64,000 nt of DNA, taken from positions 2,108,001 through 2,172,000 of the forward strand of contig NW_026250403.1 in NCBI RefSeq assembly GCF_024521635.1, in the 5' to 3' direction. Both the position numbers and the translations under genes were made by a program. The DNA is from Tricharina praecox. Its lineage: Eukaryota. The first letter of the stretch is position 1. The number at the start of each line of letters is the position of its first letter. This document shows positions 39,300-50,730 of this stretch, piece by piece. The notes beneath the pieces are model-generated. The model was not told where the DNA came from and did no database searches. It saw only the letters and a program-made list of their open reading frames with translations.

Positions 39300-41450
39300 G
39301 TGGGCTATGTACCTGGACACCTCTACGAAAATGCCTCGCCAATCACGACAACAATTTTCCAGCCCATTTTCGACAGCGTGGAGTCCGCGAACATCATCTT
39401 CATCTTTCCCAGATATCAGCCGGGGTTCAGCTGGGGTTCGGGCAGTACCACGTTCTCAAGGCTCCAGCTAGTTTTCCGGGTGTGCGCGTGTCAGCTCTTG
39501 GTGTGGATCCAACTGCAGCCTGCAGGACGACTTGAGCCTTCCCTATACACATCGCCCTACGGCTCCAGCCTCCAGAGGATTGCCACATAGGTACATGCGT
39601 CTACATACCAGCTACTATGGTTACACGAAAAGCTCGATTCCACCCATGGTAACCAGAGTAGTGGAGGGTTCGAATCCTTGAACCGATTCCGACAGTTAAG
39701 GCCGAGATGCAAGGGCTCTTGGAGTGCCTGAACTGAAGGAATACGAGATGGTCTCCAACCCTGATAGCAATATATACACGGGTGTATTTGGTTCAACGCA
39801 TGGGTTTCTCGACGCGAACACAGTCATTCCGAACGAGACGAATTCAAACCACCCCTAAGAACGACAGTTGAGACGATTCCTCCAACGCCTGCAGCTGCAC
39901 AAGGACGATGCGACGTTCGGAATTCTGCCACTCACCACTGTCATCCTCAATTCGAACACTGACTAGAGTCCGTCTGTACAAAGCGGTCGAAAGTCTAGAT
40001 GCGGCTGTTGGGGCTATTTGTCGAGGTGCAACGATTGAACTTGAAAGGACTTCATTGCACCAGCAAAATCTACGAGAGTACAAACAATAAAGGAAAAATT
40101 ACAACTTCCCCTGTCCTACCTGGAATATAGAAGAGCCCACGGAAGGAAACATCAAAATGGACTTCGAAGCCATTAGCACACAATCTCACTCGGGAGATAC
40201 CTAGAAAGTTTCATCATGTCCACCATCATCCACACGTGAGCCGCAATCATTCCCAATCCACCAGCCATCCACGACACCTAAGCCCCAATATACCACTACC
40301 TAGCATGGGCTTGTCCAACTCACGCCAATTCGTGTTTATCGTACAGAATCGTCGACGCTTTCAGTTCGTCCGGAAGGAAGAGCGAGCCGTAAAACGGCAA
40401 GTCGCCTTCGTACACGAGTGTCTGGACCTCCTCCTCAGTCAATGCGACCGTCTCTTTCGAACGGGTCTTTTCCCAGAAGTCACTGTCTCCTCCCCTCCAC
40501 TGCTAGTTTTGGAATCCAATAACCCTGTCGTGCCCTTCATCATCCATTGTTGTCAAGGGCGAACCGCTCCACCCTCGCAAACTGCGGAAAAATCCGTACG
40601 TCCTCCAAAGGTAGCTTCTTGAAAACGTTTCCGACGAACCCGGCGCGTTTTTTGGGCTGCGGATCACGGCTTGGCCAATGGTTGCACCCCACTCAACGGG
40701 TACGACTACCTCCTCATTGACGGGAGGAGGGTTTGAGGATAATGAGTCGCACGCGTTTGTTGAAATGTAGGGAGAGCGGATCATGATGCCAATCCAGCTT
40801 TGGAGAGAGCATCGACGTCGTTTCGGGGACTTTGATTAAAGCCAGGTCGTGTTTGTACCCTTGCAGGTAACCATTCGAAACATCGTCGTCAAAAGCCCGA
40901 ACGATTGTTCCCAGCTATCAAAAATTAGTCACAGCTTTTCTCTCCAGCAGAAGTCTGACCGCCATCGTCGTCCACAGCTTTCTCCCTTCCAGAGCCAGAA
41001 GTTGAAGTGATAGGATTCGACCTCAGGGTTATAGAAACTCGAAGGCCCCCAAACGTCTTGGGGATTGACTCGATAACGTCGACGTAATCCGCGTCTGCAT
41101 CATAGACTGCAAGGAGCTGACCATGGAAAAACACCAGCAACGCGGTAGCCTTCTTGAAGGTCCCCAGAGCCAACAACAGAGTCTCATCCGATAATGCCAT
41201 TTTTAGATCCAATTTCTCTTTTCAAAGATCTTCAGGAGGTATGAGCACAATTGGAAGACTATTAGGGCCCTGTGACGCGGTCCCGTCCGGGGCACATCCC
41301 AGGACGGACTCGACGGACGATTCCCAGGCCTGGTCTAGCGAGGTCGTCTTCTTCTTCCTCTTTCTCGATCACCATCTATAGAATAGAAGATCCACATCTA
41401 CCTCCTCTTTCTTCTGTGTGCTCTTCTTCACTCGCCACCACATACAGTCT
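39300..41450 (-). pseudogene. Decayed gene for a fungal trypsin-like serine-protease-fold protein
   Basis: Ordered fragments across stops and frameshifts: IPKTFGGLRV, LGTIVRAFDD...GYKHDLALIK (about 40830-40915), SYLWRT...SLRGWSGSPL...VIGFQN* (about 40500-40620). Intron remnant GTCAGA...GACTAAT...TAG at about 40915-40959. Confidence 0.55.
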
Positions 41451-41830
41451 CTGTGGACAGGGACGGTGACCCTCCTCCTCCTCCTGCTTGTGTATTCCGC
41501 ATGGGGGATGGCTACACGGTCGGTACCGTCGCGACGTCGGCCTTCAGGCTGCATCTTGAACGAGCACAAACATACCCAAGTACAAGCACAAGCAAGAAAG
41601 ACATCACCTCGTCCCTACCCTGCCGTGAGGAATGATGATGCATGTACTCTATGTAGCTAACTAACCCCGTCCTTGCCGTATGTAGCGTGGAGGGGTGAAG
41701 CGAAGGCTGGGAAGTGGCGATCTTAGCCGCAGATCACGATAAGAAAGTGATCGACAGTGATCGACACGCTGAGGAACGCCACGCATCATAACGTCACCGC
41801 AGCTTTTTTTCGTGTTGCGGCAGGAAACAG

Positions 41831-41954
41831 GAAGGACGGAAAGAAGGAAGGATTGAAGGATGGAAGGATGGAAGGATGGAAGGATGGAAGGATGGAAGGA
41901 TGGAAGGATGGAAGGATGGAAGGATGGAAGGATGGAAGGATGGAAGGATGGAAG
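41831..41954. repeat. 8-bp minisatellite (GGAAGGAT)n, about 13-15 copies
   Basis: Directly visible. Confidence 0.95.
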
Positions 41955-42218
41955 AAGGGGGGACGAGGGAGGATCGATCGCGGCATGATACCTATGACGT
42001 ATAGTAACGGAGAAACAGGCTCGGCCCGTCCTGTTCGTGGGAGGGGGTGGGGATAGATAAGTTCTCCTCCGCCATCCAGCATCCCCCACAATCGATACAA
42101 TCTCGCGAACCGCCCTCCCCACAAAACACGCATTCACTGCACAGCACCCGCACACAGCCTACCACCCCACCTACCCACCCCACCCACAACCTTAACCTTA
42201 ACCGCCACCGCCACCGCT

Positions 42219-42434
42219 ATGTCGACCGCCCCCTTCTCCAGCGGCCCCGAGACGACGTACGATCCGCAAGCGCCATCGATGTCGCAGACGAAGCTGCCGA
42301 TAGTGCGACAAGAGGAGCTCGCAGCCGCCGCAAGTAATAGCTCAGGCTTGGAATCGAAGATTGCGCAGAAGGTGGAGAAGGTGCGCGACGAGGGGCTGGG
42401 GGAGAATGAGAAGTTCAGGAGGCCCGAGGATTAG
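42219..42434 (+). CDS. Putative 71-aa hydrophilic microprotein
   Basis: ATG after a C/A-rich leader, G/C-ending codon bias, T-rich 3' flank; no recognisable domain. Confidence 0.5.
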   Translation: MSTAPFSSGPETTYDPQAPSMSQTKLPIVRQEELAAAASNSSGLESKIAQKVEKVRDEGLGENEKFRRPED

Positions 42435-45400
42435 GCGAAGTAGATGAGAGGAACAAGGAGGGGGTTTTTGTTTATTTGATGCGGATGATCTTTTATTTTG
42501 TAAGGATTGGGCGGAAATGGGCAAGATATGCTTCTGTACTTATATCCTAACTACCCCGGGACTAAAGATCCAGTGAAGGCCGTCCTCTTATGTTCATCGT
42601 GCACATCCACAGCTTCGCCCAACTCCAACTACTAGTATCTTCAACCTTCGCTAAGCACTGGTGCATGAGCGGATATGCTTTGGCGTATGTACCAGAACAA
42701 TCGATCCTATTTCCGTACGGCGCGGAGAGTGTGGGAGTCGCCACGTGGGGTATATAAAATTTATCCCATCACGGGATGACGGGGCGATATGTGCGTGCGT
42801 GCCAGCCACGAATCACCCGCGGGCCGCTCCACATCACCGAAGTCGGATAATAGGATTCGGGTTCGAGAACCCCAAAAGCTAATAGTTATTTCGGTCCGTT
42901 CGGTCACACTCAAGCCGTCTGCGTTACTGCGTGTCGGCAGACCTCGCCAGACTAGCGCCTGACGAAGCAGTGGGGAAATTCGAGAATAGGTGTAGGTGGG
43001 AGAGAAAATGGAGGTTGTGTATGCTCTACAACTGCTGTTTATGGTATATGTCGAAGGATACCTATCACTTACTTGTGCTTATGCAGACAGGCTTTTAACT
43101 CTTCTTCGAGGATATAAATACCTAAGTGTTAGTTACGCATCGCGCGGATCATCAGAGTCCCCGGCTCCAGCTGCAACGCAGGCACGGTGGCATTGGCGGC
43201 TATGTCGTAATCACGCTGAATGTTGGGGCTAATTTTTAGTCAAAACCTACTGGAAGACGATAAGGTGTCGGTGGTGGCCCGGTGGGCGGGGGACAGGAGA
43301 GTGGGGAAACCGAGTTCGAGATGCGCCAGTTGAAAACACAAACCGTTCTGCTCCCTGGGTAGAATAACTCTCCGTTGTTGGTACCGGACCGCCCCTTTCA
43401 GGTTTCCCCCAACTCCCTTTCCTCTCCTATGGTCCTACCGGATGGTGTGCAGCCCCGCAAAGTTCGTCGTCAATCAGAGGAGGTTATTAAATTTCAAATG
43501 AGGCAAACCTACGGTGCCTAGAAGTGAGGGATGAGTTGGAAGGGGTGAGGTCAGTAGCCTTACTATTCGTAGTTCTGGTGGTGCACTTTTTCTGTGAGTG
43601 TTGTTTTAAAGTATGTACTGATGGTGCGGAGAGGCGGGAATGTCCTCATCAAGATGAAATGGATGCAGTTGTTCTTCTTTCTTGAGAGTTGCAATGAAGT
43701 ACGGTACGGTGATGAGCCAGCTAGTTTCTTGGCCGTTCGGCTGTTCTAGGCGGCGTTGTGATATATTCCGTTCCGTGGTCTGTAGATGGGTGCGATTACC
43801 CGCAAAGTGTGACAGTTGCCTGATACTTTCACTTTCAAGCAACGCATCCGCTTCCAACGTGCCGTCACTCTATAGACGCTTTATTGAACGTAGGGTGGTC
43901 GAGAAATCTCTCGTATAGTTTCATCGCGATTCGAAGTTGACGAACAGTACGCAGAGAGCTATTGAGGCATTAGAATTTGCGCAGGCCAATGAAACACGTG
44001 ATGTCATCTTCCGCACGTGATGAGTGATCAAATGGTGGATTACTCATCAACAAAACGCGCTCTGGGCCTCTGGCTCGCATCCGAACATCATCCGGAAATC
44101 GTTCGAAGTGCTCGTCGACTGGAAAGAAGGGCATCGCAGCAACGCAGTCGTGCTCCTTACTTCAACTGACACCGACGATGGGGGGTCGGATGCCGAGGCG
44201 GCCGCTTCGGTTTCCTGACGTGCAGTTTTCTGAGCACATTACCGATTCGATGATATCGCTGAGATTAGGGGTCTAGTTGAGGGGAGACGCCAGCCAGACC
44301 TCCGAGGCGAGTGCCGTAGCATCTGGGATTTAGCAGTATGATGGCTGTGGCTGTTGTGTCCGGCCATCCACTTCCGAAGCCACTCTAGACAAATTGTCAG
44401 CGAGGGTGCTGATTGGATCGTAACTAGAGTCGGATAAACCCACGTATCCATTTCGGCGACCGAGTGGTTACCCGGATGTCTCGTCCAACCAGCCACTAGT
44501 ACCAGCCACCAGTGCGCGGCTTTATCCGGCCGCGCTGCCGCCCGCGTGACCGCAAGGCGAGTGACGAGGGATCCCCCAAAAGCGCGCACACGGAATTCGG
44601 CAGATCTATCCTCCAAGGAGTAAGGTGGCTAGCCCCACTGTGTCCGGCAGGTCCACTCCCGAAATTCGACGGAGTGGGGAGAGAGAGAGAGGGCGGGCGG
44701 GTTTTGATGTGCGAAAAGAAGTGCCGCAGAGCAGCAGACAGACAGGCAGGCAGACAGGCAAGCCTCGGAACGAGGCCTAGCACATTTAACCGTCTCGGGG
44801 GGCGGGGGATGGGGGATGGGGATGGGACGAAGTTTTCTTTCTTTCGGTGCGTGAGAAGAATCGGCACGGTTGTGCCGGGGAGGAACATGCGTAAGCCCTC
44901 CAGCGATGATGTCACGGCGAAAGCGGAGCTGGGACGCAACTGGTCAACCAGAAAGGAGAAACGATTGTGCGGAAAGCACCCACGAAGATGATGGTACCTA
45001 CATACTTCCGGATCTCCTTCGCCGTGCCCTCGCTACCTATATATGAGGATCGTGGAAGGTACCAAGCATACCAAGCATACCAAGCAAAGTTGGCAGTTCC
45101 GGGTGTTCCTTCGATTCTGCTCGCTTCCGTGGTGATGGATGTGAGTGCGGCGTTATTCGCTCTCCCTTAGTGCTGTGTGCTCGCTCACCGGGGGAGGGAT
45201 GCGAAGGACCCGACAAGGATTGCGGCTGCATAATGCCGTCTTACGCGAGATACGAAAAGCTTGTTTGAGCCTGGCTATCCCCACTTGGGCGCTGGCACGT
45301 CCGTCCACTCCGCGGGAATCGACGGCGTCGTGTCGTTCGTCCATATCTCCAGGATAGCCCAACTATCGCAATGCTGAGGCTTGTCCGCACTCTGGGATAT

Positions 45401-46496
45401 CGCAATGCTGAGGCTGTCCTTCGACGGCGACGAGCCAGTTGCCAATCGGCGTTAATGCGCATTCTGCGGGGGGATGCGGCAAGGAGGGGAGTACATAGCG
45501 AAGTACTCGCCTCTGCATGTGGGACACCGGATGTTCGGATGGGACGGCAAGTTCAGCAGCCGTCTCCGACCTGGCGGCAACATCGTCGCTGTCTTCGTGG
45601 AAGCTCCTTGCGGTCGGCGATGGGTCAGATAGAGGAGAACCACAGGAGAGGAGCAATCTGGCCGAATCCTCTAGCTGTTGACGTTTCTGTTACGAGTACC
45701 AAACTCAGCCTTTGCTGGCCGGGCCGCACCACCACCTGAGGCATTTTGGGCGACTTGGGTGAAAGAGGCGCCATTGCAGAGGGACTCCCTCCAACACGGC
45801 TGCCTCTATCCACTAGATACCTCATACGGAAGTATCACACGGGAGGCAGGAGCAGAAGCACGAGACGGACAGGTCTCAGTCCCCCACACACCCGCCCCCC
45901 CTCCCCGCCCCCCGCGCCCGGGCCCAACACACCATCCATTTATCTTCTGCGTTCTCCCGTCCTTGTTTTTCTTCTATTCCATCCTACTCCGCTCCTCTCC
46001 TACTCTTCCCTCCCGTCCACTCTCCTCTCCGTGTGCTACCATCACCTGTTCGAATCTTGAGCAACTGAGTCAAGTCAATCACCACCTCGACCACTACTAC
46101 TATCTCTTCGCTGAGATCGTCGTACACTCAGGTCAGTCTATGCTACTCCTTCATTGCCTATCTTCCCCACAGCTATTTTTGCCTTCGTCGTGCTGGCACC
46201 CAATACTGCCCAACTTGCCTTTTGGGTTGCCGGGTCCGGTGGTCAGTGACCTCCACGTCACTGGCCGTCAATGCGGCCAGCACCGCACACGACGATGGCC
46301 GCGCACCTCTTCCATCATCATCAAGTTCTATTATTGTCCCACACAAACCTTACGCTTGGACACATAACTAATACTCCTCCTCCCCCAGCCTTAACTCCTC
46401 GGTATCACCACCACCTCCTCCACCTCACCTCCACCTTCACTACCTCTTCTACCTCCACCACTACCACCACTACCACCACCACCACCTCACGCCATA

Positions 46497-46721
46497 ATGC
46501 CTGCCATCACCTACACCAACGCCCTCTTCAAGCGCGACAAAAACTTCGCGCAGCGACAACCGGGAGTGATCCTGGTGTTCTGCATCATCGGCACGCTCGC
46601 GCTGCTCGTCACCGCGCTCATCATCACCAAGAAGCGCGGTGAGGCAAGGAAAAGGCGGGAGGACGCCGAGCACAGGACAATGAATACCCGACAGAAGGTG
46701 GAAGCTCCTTCTGCCGTATGA
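46497..46721 (+). CDS. 74-aa single-pass membrane microprotein
   Basis: KRDKNFAQRQPG followed by hydrophobic VILVFCIIGTLALLVTALII and a basic tail TKKRGEARKRR; strong C-ending codon bias; likely 5'UTR intron 46132-46388 (GTCAGT...ACTAAT...CAG). Confidence 0.75.
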   Translation: MPAITYTNALFKRDKNFAQRQPGVILVFCIIGTLALLVTALIITKKRGEARKRREDAEHRTMNTRQKVEAPSAV

Positions 46722-48780
46722 GCCTTGAGGGGGATGAAGGAAATGGGCTAGAAGGGGTATGGGTGGATGGATGGATGGGATGGATGGACGAATGGGATGG
46801 ATGGATGGGATGGATGGATGGGATGGACGGATGGTGTATAATAGGATGGATGTGTCGTACGTTTAATGTCTTGTTGTGCTGCAACCCAATGTCGGGCTCT
46901 CGCCTTGTGTCGCAATGCCCATTGTGACTGTGTGAGCGCCGAGCAACGAGCTCAAATCCTCGCCAGATCGCCACCGCTAGTTCAGCAAGGCGAATCCATT
47001 ATCCACCGTCGCTTAGCCAAATTATTTGTTGCCTGTAGAGAAGATCTCGGTCGATGGGCGACATCGATAACGGCGACGCGCCGAAGGCTGAAGCCGTCCA
47101 TCCATCAATCGACCGGTGCAGTGGCCATGACTCGTCAAAGGCCCATTCAGTCTTTTCCTCAGTGCGCCATTGAACATTCACAGGCTACTTACCTACCATA
47201 ATTCCAGATTCGCCGCAACCCTTGTACTATACTCTACGCGCAACAGTTTATGCTCCATCCATCTCCATCCATCTCCACCTCCATCGGCACCAAGTCCATC
47301 CTCGCGAGAACGGCAGTCGGCAGTCGGCAGTCGGCCACCACCACCCTCCTTCTCTCATAGAATACGACACGCTGCATCACCGTCCCAAGCTCCTAGCCCT
47401 TAATACGGTACCGATACTCTTGGCGGGTGAGCGATGCGCCATGTGTGGAGTTGTTGTGGTTATGGTTATCAGTTTTCTATTCATTTATTACGACCATACT
47501 GTGCTAGAGGACTCAGGAACGAAGGAGTGGCCCGGTGGGTGGGTGGATCTTCGATTGGGGGTAGGGGCCCGGGGGGCAGCACAACGAGATGTTGGAACTT
47601 GGGGGGCACATATGTGTGGAAGAGGACGACTGCGGTTTTTTGTTTTCCTTCTTCTTTTCTTCGCGGGTTGGGTCGGCAAGGAGGAGGAGGAGGGATTGGA
47701 ACTTCAGGCTTGGTCTCTTCTTCGGCCCCCTAACACATGCTGAACGGAAGAATCGGCTGCACGTGTCACGTGTCACGTGTGATCGTGAGGTGGAGATATT
47801 AGGCTCTGGCTTTCTTTCTCGTATACCGGGATGGGTCATTGCGTATCACTCGTGGGAAAATGAGCTCGTCGGGTTTAACAGTGAACACTGGACACGGCCA
47901 AACATACCACTTCACTTCTCTCCATCTCGATTTTTCCAGTGAATCACCTCCACGAGTCCTTCCAACATTTCAATGGATCCTTAAATACAATCTCCATGCA
48001 CAGACCGCAAAGCGTACTTCAAACTACTAGTTGCAAAACCATCCACAAGCGGTCGATCTATCTCCTCTAAGTGCTCTATTTCCAGCTTGGTGAAATAGTG
48101 CGCCGGAGAACAAAACGAGTGATGTGCTATGGTCATCTAGTAGTAATAATTCTAACAGGGGAGGAGGTACTCTAGGTATCCCACTCTCGCAAGCAAGACT
48201 GGAAGGCTTCCAGCAGCCCCTCATTCAATCTCACCTCAGAGCACATTTTACTCCACCAGCCTAGTTACCAGCCCACCCACCAACCCACAGCTTCCGTCTT
48301 TCCCTTTCCTTTCCTTCCCTTTCTTTCCCTTCCCACCATCCATCCATCCATCCACAGAACACTTCACCAACAACAACTCTTCGGCTTCACATGAGCGATC
48401 AACGATAACAACGACGACGACGACAAAATGGTTTAGGGCCTACACATGTACCAGCGGATCGCAAGTTCGAGACAGCGGACGACTCCCTACGCCCTACAGA
48501 TCTTGGCACAAACTACTTAGTTAGTTAGTGCGGAGTACTACCCAGTAAATACTAGTACCGTAACGACCTGCGGTAGCCTGGAGATCGCTACATACGTCCC
48601 TGGAATATTCCGGTGTACTCTACTCTACTCTACAGCCATACAACCATACATGAAATATCACGCGCTTCGAATCACAGCGATGGTTAGTTATTACTAAGCC
48701 AAACAGGTACCCGATCCATCAGGCAGAGAGGGCTGGGCGGAAATGTTGGGGATACATATTGCAGTATGGACGGGAGATTA

Positions 48781-49428
48781 TGTAAAGTACCAGGTCAAAA
48801 GTTATCGCTACTCGCCCCTACGAGATCACCACACCACACATGTAGAGCTCTCGAACACACAACCACACAATAGAAAGTAATACAAACTTGCATATAGGAT
48901 GATTAGAAACATATCTAGCTTCGACAAAATTTCCAGCCCAAAGAAATCAATATTTTATGTGAAGTTATGCGGCTAACCAAAGTCCCATTGTCTCAAGACT
49001 ATCCATTTTCAACCACAGATTCTGCATCCTAAACACACTTTAAAAAAATTGGGCAATTGGAAGTCCTTGCTAACCGGGTAGGAGATCTTATAATAAACTG
49101 GCTCGCAAATATAAGCAGTTGTGGTTCAGCAATGCGGCCCAGGAGAAAATTTTGTGGTTTTCGCTGGTTGTCGTGCAACTTTTTGTATGGGAGCCCCATA
49201 CAAAATGCGAAATCACTGTTCAAGTCATGCACAAACCACCACTAAAAACCATCAATCTTGACCAAAAGCAGTCAACGTTTTTATATATGAGAGGGCTGAT
49301 TATTTTACGGCGTCTGTGGAAGACACAGTATTTTCCGTCAGACGAAGGATGAGTTCTAGTCGTGTGAAAGTGGCCATTCTTGGTGTAAAACGGCCCCCTG
49401 GCGATAACTTTTGACCTAGTACTTTACC
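48781..49428. mobile_element. Non-autonomous DNA transposon (MITE-like), about 647 bp, 27-bp TIRs, flanked by TA
   Basis: 48782-48808 GTAAAGTACCAGGTCAAAAGTTATCGC matches the reverse complement of 49401-49427 at 26/27; TA at 48779-48780 and 49429-49430; AT-rich non-coding interior. Confidence 0.8.
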
Positions 49429-50382
49429 TACAGCGGATAATGTATGTACCGGTATCGGAAAAGTGATATTTCTATGTATGTATACTCCCTGGTTTGTGGA
49501 ATGCGTAGGTAAGATGGTCGGGACTCGGGGATCGGGACTCGGGACTCGGGCCATGGTCGGGCGGGGATCACTCGACGAGGGCGTGTGCTGAGGTCCATAA
49601 GTTTCGGTGGATCGGCTGGTAGGTCAAGTCAAGTGGGCTGCTGTTTGGAAGACGGGGTTTCTGCAGAATAGTACCGGTAACTGTTACTCCATGTTCCCTA
49701 CAAGTATATAGTAGCCAATTGGATTACCTTGCTGTGCTCCTGGGTATGCGGGGTAGATAAAAAATCAGATAAGATAGGAGGAGGGGCTAGTCGGATCGGT
49801 GGATCCGAATGGTGGTGATAAATAGCCGGACTAGCTGGATCGGGTGGCACCGAACGGTGGACCGTGGAGGTATGTAGCAGCAGAGGAGAGCCATACGATG
49901 GCTCATCGAAGTTGAATAGAACCTCAACTTCTCCTTCATCCTTCATTTCGCCATTTCCTTCCCGGGTTACATCACCCCATTCCGTGCCAACCAAGACAAT
50001 GCTAGAGTACTCTAGACAGCATGGTTGGCTGTCATCTGAGAGAACGAAGAAAATACCACGGCCATCTGTGAGCAGTACTCGGCTGCACACTCCGCGCCAT
50101 ATGTGCAATGAGTCCTGTCCGCCTCGCTCTGGGTATGTAGAGGTGGATATACAGCTGCAAACGAGAAGCGCAGGTTGTTCTCGATTCCGACTTGGCGGAC
50201 GATCGAGTGACCGCACAGGGAGTTCCAGAGGGATCATATGTAGAGCCTCACTTCCCCTTGGCAACCAACCCACAACCCTGACCCTATCGTATCGTACGAG
50301 AAACATACCTACTCCTTCCCCACTAACTAGCTCGTCTCCACTGCAACCCCTCTCGGCATACGACCGGACAAAGAGACGAACG

Positions 50383-50730
50383 ATGGCGGATAATATCACA
50401 CGACTAGCACAGAGGGGCGACTACAATACATGGGCTCTCAAAGCAAAGATCCATCTCATGGCACAAGGCCATTGGGCCGTAATCAACGGAGACGATTGGG
50501 GACCGCCGTACCTAGCCTCCATTGACCTAGGGGACCAAGCCTACATACAGAACACCTTCGTCTACTACGATCTAAAACAAAAATTCCTCATCCGCAAGTT
50601 CATGGCTTCGGCGGCGATTCTCGACCTTCTCGATGCTACCCTTAAGAAGGAGTTCGCCATAGAGGAGTTGGATGTATACCCAAAGGAATTATGGATGGCG
50701 ATCAAGAATTATTTTCTGAGGAACAGATAG
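50383..50730 (+). CDS. 115-aa protein resembling the N-terminal Gag region of Ty1/copia retrotransposons (DUF4219/UBN2-like)
   Basis: Pattern L...DYNTWALKAKIHLMAQGHWAVING...ASAAILDLL...PKELWMAIKNYF fits the copia Gag consensus NY..W...M...L....LW..I.G...A...I...A.ELW..L...F; no zinc knuckle, pol or LTR nearby. Confidence 0.65.
   Translation: MADNITRLAQRGDYNTWALKAKIHLMAQGHWAVINGDDWGPPYLASIDLGDQAYIQNTFVYYDLKQKFLIRKFMASAAILDLLDATLKKEFAIEELDVYPKELWMAIKNYFLRNR

Noticed and set aside
41661-42155. ORFs with PSFHPSIL / GRMEGWKD repeats
   Set aside because: Translation of the (GGAAGGAT)n minisatellite.
43560-44240. Possible decayed gene on the minus strand
   Set aside because: Short fragments with no recognisable motif; insufficient support without a search.
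49864-50382. 173-aa N-terminal extension of the Gag-like ORF
   Set aside because: Starts at a non-ATG codon, has non-coding-like composition and contains splice signals; Gag similarity begins at ATG 50383.
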